The translations under genes and the position numbers were made by a program. A model generated the notes under the pieces. It worked only from the letters and a program-made list of their open reading frames with translations. It was not told where the DNA came from and did no database searches. A DNA stretch of 61,128 nucleotides, the filler included, from Asterionella formosa (taxonomy: Eukaryota): NCBI GenBank assembly GCA_002256025.1. It is 15 parts of 15 records of this genome, joined end to end, with 100 filler letters (N's around TTAATTAATTAA, not from the genome) between each part and the next. Parts side by side here need not be neighbours in the genome. Positions count along the whole stretch, not along the records: positions 49,021 to 52,993 come from NKIB01013789.1; positions 53,094 to 57,065 come from NKIB01013790.1; positions 57,166 to 61,128 come from NKIB01013791.1; 12 more parts are not named here. One strand, 5' to 3'. Every line of letters starts with the position of its first letter. The first letter of the stretch is position 1. This document shows, piece after piece, positions 49,021 through 61,128 of the stretch.

Positions 49021-50881
49021 TATTAGATCCATTCAAAATCAAAGTCATCATCAATGTCCCATTGATTAATGCAGTCACTGTAATCAATATTCTTCTCAGG
49101 AACATTTGGTTGAAGTGGTTCAACATATTGGATGCATATCCTCTTCACTTAGCTTGGTAAATGAGAAGTATGATTGTGGGTAGATGATATTTGTTGCGGA
49201 AGTAGCAATACCACTAGGATTCCTTTCATATTCAGATCGATTCTTTGTGAAAGTCCAGTGTAGATTACCTTATAATAACCAAGTAAATCATCAGTCCATT
49301 GATCAGTGAGACCATTTGAAACTGAACTTTCTTACCTCCCAATTTTTTTGATAAGTTGTTTCCCATTAATGTCGACAAATCAATAGAATGACGAATATCG
49401 TTCTCTGAAATTTCCGGCGTATCTGGATTGAAACCCAAATATTTTTGTTGCAATAGGAGTTTTCCTTTCAGTACCAAGAAGCAAAAGGCTTCTGTACTGG
49501 CATTGATCAGTGAACCAACAAAACGTGATTGCAACTCACACTGTGCCCGAAGACTGAGTTGAAATTTGGTCACACCAGATTTGTCTCCTGTTAAAAATGG
49601 TTCTCCACAGCTTGTCCTGCCTATAAAATAGAATGGAGCAAGAACATCACGCCAACTTGGTATCCTTCTTGGATTCCCCAGTCAATGTCCTTTCACAGCG
49701 CAACTAATAAAGTGATCAATATCCATAGTCTGGAAGTTATATTCTGTTAGACCAGATGGTGTGTCATGAATTATGTTAGCATTTTTAAATTGAAACATAT
49801 TTGATAAGAATATAATCACTGAATCAAAGCATCATGCTTTCAGGGCATCTCCCTGCAAGAACTTACCTAAGATTCCTTTAAATTGATTATTCAATACATT
49901 CTGACATTCTCTCAACTTTTTAATACACATGCCACCAAATGTTGATTTGATGTAATCTCAACGTGCCTTGTTGATACGTTCAATGGTCTGATTCATCGGA
50001 AGTAGGAGTGTATCAGAACCATTCCATATGAAATCAGCAAGCTCTGGGTCACTCTCCACATCTTTGCCTAACTCCGAATTCACTGTCTATAGCCGAGTTA
50101 GGCAACATTGGGGAAACCAATCCTGTTTTGATTGGAAATGCCTTTCATACTACTTGGACCAGATAGGGCGGGATGTTTGATTCTCTTTTGGGACCAGAAA
50201 AAAGCACATTAGATTGATATTCTATTTCACAGTGCGTACCTACAATTCACGATCAACCTTGCATGTTCACAGCAAAACTTCTTGGTCTTGAAAGCAAATA
50301 AAACTCACAAGCTTTGTGACAATTGATGGATCGGTTCAATTTTAGCTAAGTGGGAACGACGTTCTGATAAGGCTGCTGAAATTGAAGATTCTCGATCACC
50401 TCATATGGACAAGCGAGTTTTGAACCAAATTACGACCTTTGTAGTGATTGAGTTCATTGACCAATTGATAATATCCTTTGGCAAGTGCAAAATGTTTTTC
50501 CCTCAGTTTTTCATGTACTTGTTGGTCCTTGCAATTAGAAAATTATGATATGGTACCATGTTGTCCATCTGCATCCGGGAGTTATTAATGGTATCATCGA
50601 CAGGAGCCATTTTTCTTGTAGCAACAACTGAAGAAGAAATGTCATCATCGCTTTCAGTATCAATTACAGGATCCTTTGTACTAGTAGCTGATGGTGTCCC
50701 CATCGACGATGGGGTAGTGACCCCCACTACCTCCCTGTTGCCGATTGGGTTCCTTTGGATAATCGCCTATTCGCTTTTTCTTAGTTAACTCATTTTGGTA
50801 CTTGCTTCTTTGTTCCATACCGGCAGTTTTTACCACATGTCGCTTGTTTCCATGAACCTCTTTGCGGGTTTTTGAAGACAT
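49021..50881 (-). pseudogene. Decayed gene of unknown family
   Basis: One frame from about 50070 to 49265 is interrupted only by TGA codons. There is a possible GTAAG...CTAACAG intron at about 49866-49743. A candidate start at 50881 lies just after a (CAA)n tract. Confidence 0.35.
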
Positions 50882-50897
50882 TGTACTATTAGATGAC

Positions 50898-50953
<56 letters not shown>
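50898..50953. repeat. (TGT/GTT)n microsatellite, about 18-19 units
   Basis: Directly visible in the sequence. Confidence 0.97.
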
Positions 50954-50954
<1 letters not shown>

Positions 50955-53093
50955 CTTAACTTCGATGATGTTAAAATCAGGTGTTGCTACAATGAAATGA
51001 ATCCACTACATATAATATTTTACGCTCTCTAGATAAGATGCCATAAGATCAACAGTGCTATTTACATTATCATATATCAAATCAGAACTGAGTTTGAGTA
51101 ATAGCATATCTTGCTTTCAACTATATATTCATACGATCCTAAAACTATGATGCTTTATTGTCCCACTGCAGTAGCAACAGTCCTGAACATATGGTGTTCT
51201 GTTGCTCGCTTACTACGACTCCAACTACCCCAGTATCTCGCTCACTTCCTACCTGCTACTGGTACTCTGTATGTATATGATAAAATTTTATGATCATATG
51301 ATGTACACATGAAGAACTCCCGCCAAAAAAGGGGCTTGAATAATTAGCTACCAAAATCCTTGCATATAAATTATGATACAAATGGGTTGTGAACTACACC
51401 AATTGAATGGTCTGCTGGTAAATAATTAGTTCCAAGGGACGTAGAAAATATTGATTCAAACAAATTTCAGAAACAGTACCGGTACACGAAGTTGTGGCGG
51501 ACAATGGACATATCATGGTGCATTGAATATTTTCGAATTATCGTTATGTAAATATGATCATCTCAAAAATGCCAGATACTATGCCATATAGAGAGTGCCT
51601 TTGAATTTTATAAATTTACAACACTTGATATATTTATATATTTACAAATTTTTTAACAATATACATCGCAAATATATTTGAAACGGTTCTGTCATGTTAA
51701 CAAACAATACCTGCTTCATGAAAAGAAATATCGTAGTTAAGCATACTATGACAAGAAAGGAAAGTTTACGCAATAACGAAAAACATTGTGGCTTCGACAC
51801 ATTGCGCCTTCGAAGGATGGTGTATGTTTAAGGTAATGAAGCCTTTAACGTGGTACTTGGATGACAATCGTTTGGAGGCAGGACAACAACAAATTGTAAA
51901 CTAAACACATGTTTCCTCTCTTCTCAGTTGATTCAAGAGCTCATTTCGCTTGTTGGGGAGCACCAATGTAGCTAAAACAAAACAAAATTGGTAAGTGCTC
52001 ATGTCGTTGGACCTATTCACTTCTGTTGGAACATAACTTATGGACACGATTACCTTCCCTCAAAGTCGAGCTAGCGAAAATGAATCGGTAAGTTTTATTT
52101 GACAACATTGGATACCTGAAACTTACATATTCAAGAATTTACTGACAAGTTACTACTACAGACTTATGCATCAGTTGCTTTGATTTGTAGTAAGTGAAGC
52201 AAGCAAGAGGGTACGATGGAATGGCGTGATGTTTTGTCATTGTAACATGACTAGCTAACTAGTCATTCCTTCTCATTGTTACTGTAACTGCAAAGGACAA
52301 TAAACCGATCCAACAACGGAATAGTCGGCGATTTCAGAATGACACTAACTGCAGAGAGAGAGACGAAGCACTGCTTGGAACAAGATTCAGAAAAGAGGAA
52401 GAAAAGGGTGGGACAGGAACAATATACATTGAGCCGAGCAGAGAGAGAGAAACGTTGGGTCGCTGGCATGTAGATTAATAGATAGCATTGCTTAATTTGA
52501 TTTTTCAATTACGATCCATTTCTATCTATTTTGAACAATGCTTGTGTTTAGAATCATGATCATGTTTAAGATAGATATACGATGAAGCAATTCACATGAT
52601 AGCATAAAGTTTATGATATTGATAAGAAATGTTGTTGATCAGTTGATATACATTGTGTGATTTAATGTTCTTATTATCATAATAATTCAAGGTCCGTAAA
52701 TATTAATAGATCATCACAGTTACAGGATACCTTGATCATAGTTTTGATCCAAAAATTACCATATATACGAAAATCCTGTGCCACTTAGTGTTCAATGTTC
52801 TTGATTCTAGCTATATGCATGATACTTTTCATTTTTAGACGGTGTGTTGAGTTCTTGTTTCTGCAAATCGAGAGGACCTGCACCCATCAAGGATTAGGAA
52901 GGTTGGGGGTCCGTTCTTTTGAGAAAAGATGCCAGAGTGATCCATATGGTTTGGCAAGCCAACCAAAAGCTCTACAGTGATTGATCCGTTTTCNNNNNNN
53001 NNNNNNNNNNNNNNNNNNNNNNNNNNNNNNNNNNNNNTTAATTAATTAANNNNNNNNNNNNNNNNNNNNNNNNNNNNNNNNNNNNNNNNNNNN

Positions 53094-56000
53094 CCCCGCG
53101 AAATGCGGCAATCAACAACACAGATTCACCGAAAGATATTATGGTACCCAAGGATATGATCGCTTCCGCGGTAATCTGGGATATCTTCTCGCCTCCGCCA
53201 GGGAACACGATTAAGGTGCGTTTCGAATTCAAAGTGTTCTGACAGTCGCTGCCTCGTTCGTTCCCTTCTCTCACGTTTTGCTCCAATTATCTGAACAGGG
53301 AAGTTTGATGCCCAAGGCGATCGTAAAGTTGAGCTCGGATCGGCGACGACGACTCTGCGTGGAGATCCATCGAGTGTACACTGCGGAAGGTAGAAAGAAG
53401 ACTGAAACCAACAGCGCTGCACCGCCAGAATCGGCATTGCCTCAAAACGGGGTTTTCTTATCGTCTATGGTTGAAGACCATGACGATTACTACGAAGAAT
53501 GTTTTGTTCGGTAAGTTCTATGAGATTTTTCTTTCTATTTTGAAATTTTTGGCGCCATTTTTGCTTATTCCAAAGTTCGTGTCCTTCACGATTTTCATTA
53601 GTCTATTGATTCCGGAAAAATCTGCAATTAGTCGCGATTCTAAGAGAAATTCAAAAAAGAAGCAGGCTAATTGTGATAACGTGATTTTGCCCGCTGCGGG
53701 TGATGATGTATCGATCTTGCGAGATGATGACGACGAGTCGGCGTTCAATGGACAAGGTGGAGCCATTGCAGACTGCGATGGCATATCAAACTTACCAAGC
53801 TACAAGGGCTGGAAGGCCAAGTACAAGCTTCCAATCACTGCCATTAGCATCAAGCAGTTTCACAAAAAGGTTGTTAAGATTTCCATTGAGCTTTGCAACA
53901 TCAAGCACACTCGTGACCTCATTTTCGATTCGGAACAGGAAGCCGGAAATTTCGTCCAGATAGTCGATATACAAAAGGAAGCTGAGCGCGAGCGTTCCGC
54001 AATCAAACTCAGGCATGCTCTGGGAGGACTTAAGATTTCCCCTGGAGAGGAGGTGACTCTTCTGGTCGAAATTGTGTCCGGGGCTCATTTGCCGGTTGCA
54101 GATCGCACGTCATCTGACCCGTTTGTCATGTGCTTTTTCAATGGTCGCGAGGTACATAGAACAGACTTTATCTCGAAAAATCTTGATCCTGTGTGGACCG
54201 TAAAGACTGGCTCTCTCTTCTTGATCACGCTATCAACGAAGGAACTCTTCATGAGTGATGGTTTGTTGTGCGAAGTTGCTGATTTTGACAAGCTTGGAGC
54301 CAACGAGATGTTAGGCGCCATCAATGTTCCTCCCAAAACTCTCTTTGATTCAAGTGGGGAGCGTATGACCTTCACACTTCAGAAGTCGTCTCGAAGTCAT
54401 GTTAACCCTGGAAAGGGCAGTCTAACTATTCGTGTTCGTCATGCAACAGCGAATGACAAAAAATTCATGAAGGAACTGGAAGAGGCTAAAAATAAAAGCA
54501 AGAGGATTACTCTCATGAATGCCCAGGTTTTGGAGAAAGTTGGAGGAAAGAGCGACATCCGCTCACTTGTTGAAAGAGTCAAGAAGACTGAGAAACGACC
54601 TGATGGTTCGTGGGTCAAGAAGGTGAGAATTGTTTCTTGTGGATTTTTAATCGGGAAATTCAGAAATGGCTAATTGTTAATTTCACTTCTTCCTTTAGTA
54701 CCGCGTGCGGCCACACCCTGATCCAACGCGCAAGGAAGAAACGGAATGGCTATCGAAGCAACAGGTCGAAGCTGAAGTCTTCAAGGAGTCCAAGGAGTGG
54801 GTTGACATTAGCTCCGGTGATGTTGCAACTGTTTTCGTTGAAATTATCTGTTGCGATGGTCTCCCTAATCTAGATAATGGTGGCTTCCTGGGGAACAAAA
54901 CTGACGCTTTTGTTGCTCTTGTGTTTGAAGATTCATGGGCACAAACTGACGTCATCGCCGATACTTTGCACCCTCGCTGGTTTCCTTGGAGTCGCAGAGC
55001 ATTCATTTTTCACCAGTCGCATTCTTCAAGCCAACTTTTTCTAGGCGTTTTTGATGAGGACGGTAGCCTCAGCAATCATGACTTAATTGGCAGAGTTTCT
55101 GTGGACTTGTCCAACTTGAGACCCAGCACTGTGTACACTCTCACCTATGATATCTTCCCAAGTGCAAGGATGACTGACCGCAATAGCCAAGGGTCGATTA
55201 CCATTCGACTTCGGATGGAGATTGACGACGAGAAAAAGCTCTTGACTAGCTGCCTCGAGCCACCTAGAACACAGTATGTCAATGTGAAGAAGCGAAAGCA
55301 ATTCAAGGTTATCCAGTACACTTGCACCGGAAAATACGACGAAGAGAAGTATAGCTGGAATGTTATCATGGCGTGAGTGATACGGGACAATTAGATATGA
55401 CTTCGATTGTGTCTATGCCAAACTAACACCATTGCCTTCAATTCAGCTATCGTGATGAGCTAATGACTTATCAGAGCTTGTCGGTCGATGTGAAGCGTGC
55501 CATGGTGTCCCTCATTTTCTGGCGTGGACAATTTGATGTCAAATTCATGGGCAATAGCTACATGCTTCCTGTTCACTCTATGATTGCCTTCCTCATATTC
55601 GTCCTCCTCGTTGAAAGGCCCCTATATATTCCTTCGTTTTTCTTCGCATCCATCGCTTGGTTGATGCTTGCCATTATGTTTCAACGCCTGCACAACCCTA
55701 ATCCTTGGCGAAGATGCAAATCATTCCTTGAACTTTTCCTTACTCTCGTGATAGGAAGCAGTGGCACTGGACCTCTTAGCATCAAAGCGAACGAGAACAA
55801 AGCTGAAGCTGTTGCGTTTGAGCAAAGACTCAGACAGCGAATTATGGATGCTGAAGCAGCTAGTCTCAAGGCTGCAAAGGAAGCCGAGGAAGAGCAAGCA
55901 CTAGCAGAAAAGGAAGCAGACGAAATTGGTGAAACCAATATTGATATCAGCAAGCAACGAAGTGGTGGACATTCAATAGATCCATTCAGAAAAATCATGG

Positions 56001-56813
56001 AGCCTATACAAATCAACCTCCAAATTATTTGCAAGATCATTCGATACATTCGGAATATTCTCATTTGGGAAGAATGCTACTTGTCGTTCTGGTTAACAAT
56101 TTGTTGTGTCATTCTGTCGATTGCTTGCATGTTTGTGCCTTGGGCCTTTTTAGTTCTCTGGACCTCGAGAGTTATTGTTTGGACTTTTTTTGGACCTTGG
56201 ATGAAACTGGCTGATGTATACTACTACACGCCCATCGAGAACATGACTGAAGAAGAAATTGAGAGACGAAAGGATAATTACAAGATGAATCGACGACTAA
56301 ACACTCAGGCAAAGGCCCTGGAAGCCAGAATTGAGCGCGAAAATGCGCAAAAACTGAAGGACATGAAAAAGCTCATGTTTGGCAAGTTCATCATGAAAGT
56401 ACCTGTCTTTAAGGAAGATCGCTGGAGAGACACCCCTCTCCCACAGTCAAAGGCCGAACCCTATATCCCAAAATCTTTAGCTTTGGCTGAATTAGCCATG
56501 CAAGAGGCTGGGTACCACCGCATTCGAGTTCCTGGCCAGCACCTGGAAGGCGACATGATTCCAACGGTAAGAATGAAATCATGGCTTCCACCAATGTAGA
56601 TACTATTGCCTAATGCTATAAATTTGTTCACAGATCCAGGTAAAGGCATTTACTGATGCCCCAGTCGGACAAGCCACAAAATTGCATGCTGAGAAGGAGT
56701 CAGACTCAGTTGCATATGCAATGATAGGATCAGTTGTGGCTGGTGCTGCAGCCATTACATGGTTTGGCATTCCTTTCCTGGCATCTCTGGCACAAGGTGT
56801 GGTTGGAAGTTAG
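53094..56813 (+). CDS. Multiple C2-domain transmembrane protein (MCTP-like); six exons, 5' end uncertain
   Basis: GT-AG introns at 53216-53298, 53511-53601, 54623-54698, 55373-55446 and 56567-56633 join the ORFs in frame. Two C2 domains (EIVSGAHLPVADRTSSDPFV; EIICCDGLPNLD...TDAFV), TM hairpins and a C-terminal TM. Stop at 56811-56813. Confidence 0.85.
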
Positions 56814-58079
56814 GCCTGCTTAGGTTTAATGATCAAAGTTGTGGCTATTGTTGAATTAGGTTACAACTTCTGCTTTTCTGTTGGAACTCCAGTGTTCATT
56901 TTATTGATTCCTGATTTTGTCTCTCATAAAATGATTGTATTTCAAAGTCTATACCCCACTCAGTGTGACTACCTTCACATATGGATCTAATAGTAGCTTA
57001 TTGACAATGAATAAATTCCGGCCGTTTGTGAAGAAATGGTGGGTAGAGCATACACATATATACATNNNNNNNNNNNNNNNNNNNNNNNNNNNNNNNNNNN
57101 NNNNNNNNNTTAATTAATTAANNNNNNNNNNNNNNNNNNNNNNNNNNNNNNNNNNNNNNNNNNNNTTTGGAATTGGAATCACTATTGCCAGCACGATGAC
57201 GTATGTAGCACTAAAGTTTGGATACTGCTCGTTTAGCAAAATTACCGCAACTTGCCGGTAAGCTGAGTACCTGGTACCAGGTACCTGGTACCTGGTACAA
57301 CCATCTTGCTTCATGTGCATATTTTTATGCATCATCACGCACATCCCGGCCTTTCTACGACTAATCAGAGTTGATTTTTCAACCAAAAAGGGAGTACAAA
57401 ATCAACCGTCAATGCAACCGGGTTGATTTTTTCTTTGTTGTGCAATACTGTATTTTCTCGTGATCAAGTACGGAAAAATACCGTCAAGGTATTTTACCAT
57501 CCGCAGTAGAACGATACTTGAGGCCTACAGAAAAATACAACCTGGGTTGATTTTTACAAGTAATACCATGGTACCGGTACTAGGTACCAGGTCGTTCAAT
57601 GACAAGACAGCAACATCGCTCAAATTGCGGGAAAAACTAACTAATTCCCAAATGGGAATCATAATATTTCATTTATATAACTAGTCTGATAGAAATATTT
57701 TTCTTTTTTTTTAATGGTTTTGTCATCCTACGTCACAGTAGATGGGTGGTTGACAGCATTTAGGATTTCCCAAAAACCGATAGCATCGTTTTTTCGTCAG
57801 TTGACCAAAACCAATCCAAAATTATTTTTTGGGTTTTGGTCTGGGTCAACGGTTAGCAACGGCCTAAGTGTACTCTTGCACTTCACAATTACACGTGTAG
57901 AGTACCAAGGCAATCCCCACCCTATCTTATAAGGCTGGAATCATGCTCAGAGTACATATAGTAGCCACCGTAGCCCTAGTAGTATGATAGATAATTAGCA
58001 TGGCGAATATTTTCATATTTTATGGATAAATATATTCGTGCATGAGTTTAAGTAATATTGACAAGCATATAACAACATC

Positions 58080-58544
58080 AGCGATCGCTTTTTTCATCTA
58101 CATTCATTACACATTTGTAATCGAAGTCCAAGGCACATCAACGTGTCTTCATCTTCTTTATAGTAAGGTTGTCGATTTCGACAGGGCCATGCTTGGAGCG
58201 CTGCTGTTGCAGTTCTGGTTTAAATAAGCCAGAATCAAGAGAATGGTAAGCCAACATGTACTGGCAAGCTCGTCGAGAAAATTTCCTTATTAAGGCTCCT
58301 GTAATCACTTCTGCTGACAAACATGTTTTAACCCTTGCCATGAAATTCGATTTCCCCTTCTTTTCCTTCAGTGCCAGGTTCCGGTATGTGCCTTTGGTGG
58401 CACATGCCCACATGTATTCCACGCACACCATCCCCAGCTATCTCAGCATGGCATTTTGGAGCTAGCATTACTTCCACTCCAAATTTGGTCCCAATATATT
58501 GCATCATGCCTTGCTCATTCAAGAAGTCAGAACACAAGGACATA
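58080..58544 (-). mobile_element. Frameshifted C-terminal fragment of an IS630/Tc1-mariner-like DDE transposase
   Basis: CSDFLNEQGMMQYIG...GVEVMLAPKCHAEIAGDG / EYMWACA.KG.YR...KGKSNF...V..CLS...IRKFSRRA.QYMLAY resembles the PK.H.ELN.IE..W...K...R motif. Confidence 0.7.
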
Positions 58545-59501
58545 CATCTAAGCCGCGTATTACGTGAAGTGACCATCACGTAAATAAGCCTAGTTGATTT
58601 TGAATGGATCACATGAATTAGTTGAATACATCAAAATGCTTACTTGAATATATCTATATATTATCTGAATACATCATGTTCATTATTTGATCAGAGTATC
58701 ATGCATGCATTCTTGATCATCACTATATTACGTGATCACCTTCACATAATTATTTGAAATACTTCACACAATTATTTGAAGCCTTAAATTTTTGTTCACG
58801 TAATTCTACAATATAGTTCACGTAATGTATTAAATTTTTTTACGTAATTTAAAAGTACTATCAAATAATGTTGATTACTAATTCAACAACCGGTATTTCA
58901 CATTACATGGGAAACAAATCTCGATATGCAATCAAACAAAGCTGTTCTTCTATCAGAATGGAATCTTCAGTCTTGAGAAGGCAGGCATTATGAGACATCT
59001 TTAAGGACATTGCAAGACGAGGAGAAGCCATTCATTCATACACTACATAACGATGCAGGTCTACATCAGGTTCAGCTTTTTTCTTCTTCTTTCATTCTTC
59101 AATTGAGTGGTGATGGAAATTCAATTGTCTGTGTAAGTACTACAATGTCACAATGCATATGTCTCCATTGGAACTCTTATCTTTTACTTCATTTCTAACC
59201 CAAAACAATTTTTTTCTATTTCTCATTTGATGCTACTTATTACATCGCATTTCATACTTTGGTTGCTCCAAACATCATGTTAAATTTTCATTGATGTTGC
59301 ATGTTACAATCATTTTCGTGTGTTTTACGCTTGTTGTACCATCTCTATGCATTTTACCGTCCTCATTCTGGTTGTCATGCTAAAATCGGCAATTTTATTG
59401 CCGAAAAATTCGATGTGATCCATATTGCCCCTAAATAAAAATTACTTAAGAAATTACTTAGAGCCTAAAAATTACTTAGAAGTACCCGAATGGCAAAACG
59501 A
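58545..59501 (-). mobile_element. Candidate full-length 957-bp non-autonomous Helitron-like element
   Basis: Both ends are defined by partial copies on other contigs. 5' end is A|TC. The 3' end has the hairpin TTACGTGA-N8-TCACGTAA shortly before ...CTTAGATG. No TIR or TSD. Confidence 0.5.
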
Positions 59502-60422
59502 TAGCTGGAGCGGGAATTGCTGGAGAATCCTGCATCATGTTGTTGCAACCTTGACCATGACGAAAACAAGAATTATCTCCGCGAAAATTGAGGACAACGC
59601 TTTGCTGCTTGCAACAAGCACTAAAACCGACATAGAAAATACAATGATGAAAGAATTAAATTTATATCACTAATAATGACAAATGAAAATTGAGATCGCT
59701 GATAGGAATGTAAAGTCGTGTTATTTTTCGCGAGGTGAAGAACTCTCTCATTTTTCACCGGACGGAAATAGTAGTTGTATTAATATATATTAGAAAATTG
59801 CGCTCCATCCTGCAGAACCGATATATTTTAGGTAGGTCCATTATAACGGAAATCTCTTCATTTTCCTTCCCCCCTTAAGGTCGCGACCCCAGCATAACCC
59901 TAGTTCGGAGATAATATCGCTAGGGTTGTAAAAACAGCGTGGAAGCAACAGGGAGTTTTCTACTATGAATTCCCATAATTCGAGTGTCCATTTGAATATT
60001 TGAATTAAATAGGAGTCGGCGCCAGATAGATAGAATTCCATTTTGAAAAAAAAGAAATCTAAAAGTTTACACTATATCTTCGTTGCTGATTGTAGATATA
60101 ATTTTGTTCCACTCCAAAACACATTTATAAATCATTAGTATGCCTAAATGTATACTAATGATATTATTTATCCGTTTCTATTAAATCTTTGTTGCTGTCT
60201 GTAGATTTAAGGTTCCTGCATTTGAACCCCTAGCTCGAGGTAGGGTTAAAATAATAATATTAAGTCAGAGTAGTCAAACATAGACTTCTTACGAGTAAAA
60301 CGTAAATGTATATCGCTAAACGGAGCTTTCACCAATACACACCCTTTCCACATGCTTAAATACAGTAATTTATCAAAGTAGGGGTATAGGTCAACGCTAT
60401 ATATCGTCAGGATATAGGATCT

Positions 60423-60545
60423 GGCGAGAAACTGCAGAAAGGAACTTCGGTTTTTTTACTATGCTGAAAATAGTGGATTTTACCGGGCTAACTCGTTTAT
60501 TTGGCCTAGTAAAAAAACCGAAATTCCTTTCTGCAGTTTCTCGCC
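60423..60545. mobile_element. 123-bp hairpin MITE-like element
   Basis: Near-perfect ~39-bp inverted arms GGCGAGAAACTGCAGAAAGGAA.TTCGGTTTTTTT.ACTA. Confidence 0.75.
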
Positions 60546-60907
60546 GAAAGTTAACTTCTGGGGCTATGAAGATTACCTATGTACTTAACTCTTCTTCAAA
60601 CCCTGCCAACGTTGAGCTATCGTCGTCCAAAAATTCGACAATATCGGCCTTTTCAACGGTCAACAAAACGTCGGAATCAGAATCACTAATCGCCGAAACG
60701 TCATCATCGGAATGGTAGTCTTGTGCTAAAATTAATAGTCGTAAAATCTCGTGTACAAAAAGTTCCAATGTAATTGCCCGCTGTAATAATCATATTCTGA
60801 TTGGTTATCCTTACATCCGTTCGATTGGCACGGTTTGCGAGGTCAAGCAATCCCACGCCGGCCACACTGGATACACATGAAGCATTTTCTTGGGTGTTGG
60901 CCGATCC

Positions 60908-61020
60908 TACCCGTATACCGGTATCCGTACGGAGTGGGAATATCGAGTACCGGGTAGGTTTACCCGTATACCGGAATCCGTACGGAGTAGGAATACCGAG
61001 AACCGGGTAGACCTACCGGT
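60908..61020 (+). repeat. Tandem repeat of about 54 bp, two copies
   Basis: tacccgtataccgg.atccgtacggagt.ggaata.cgag.accgggtag occurs twice. Confidence 0.85.
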
Positions 61021-61128
61021 TCCAGGTAACTGATCATCATTCGTCATAGTAAATGGTAGTGCACGCTAACCAGTACCTTAGTACCGATAGTTTGCACATT
61101 CAAATATATTTTGCAGCCGCCGGGTCGT

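Overview
Eukaryotic nuclear DNA, most likely from a pennate diatom. Evidence: a plastid-targeted APE1 with an ASAFAP-type signal, short GT-AG introns, a diatom-type Copia RNase H, a diatom LRR receptor-like family member and TTAGGG repeats. The window is not one locus. It is 15 unrelated contigs of about 4 kb joined by 14 artificial 100-bp linkers (N44-TTAATTAATTAA-N44), so adjacency across a linker carries no information. Host genes: a GGIAAAAAQAAAL-repeat/TPR-like protein, two ankyrin proteins, an ABCC transporter, APE1 (DUF2854), a CPR-like diflavin reductase, an HTTM-domain membrane protein and a multi-C2 (MCTP-like) protein. About half of the window is mobile DNA. The main element is a multi-copy composite DNA transposon, with pieces on contigs 1, 5, 7, 8 and 10. 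It pairs a Plavaka-like transposase with a convergent Ulp1/C48-like cysteine protease gene and probably a third, divergent ORF. One piece is fused between a PGRL1 exon and a truncated LRR gene. Also present: a Copia 3' end with PPT and LTR, a Harbinger-type MITE inserted in its own TIR, a Helitron-like non-autonomous element, Crypton-like and Tc1-like remnants, a hairpin element with inward-facing telomeric repeats, and a tRNA-like Pol III unit. All family assignments come from reading motifs by eye; no searches were run.
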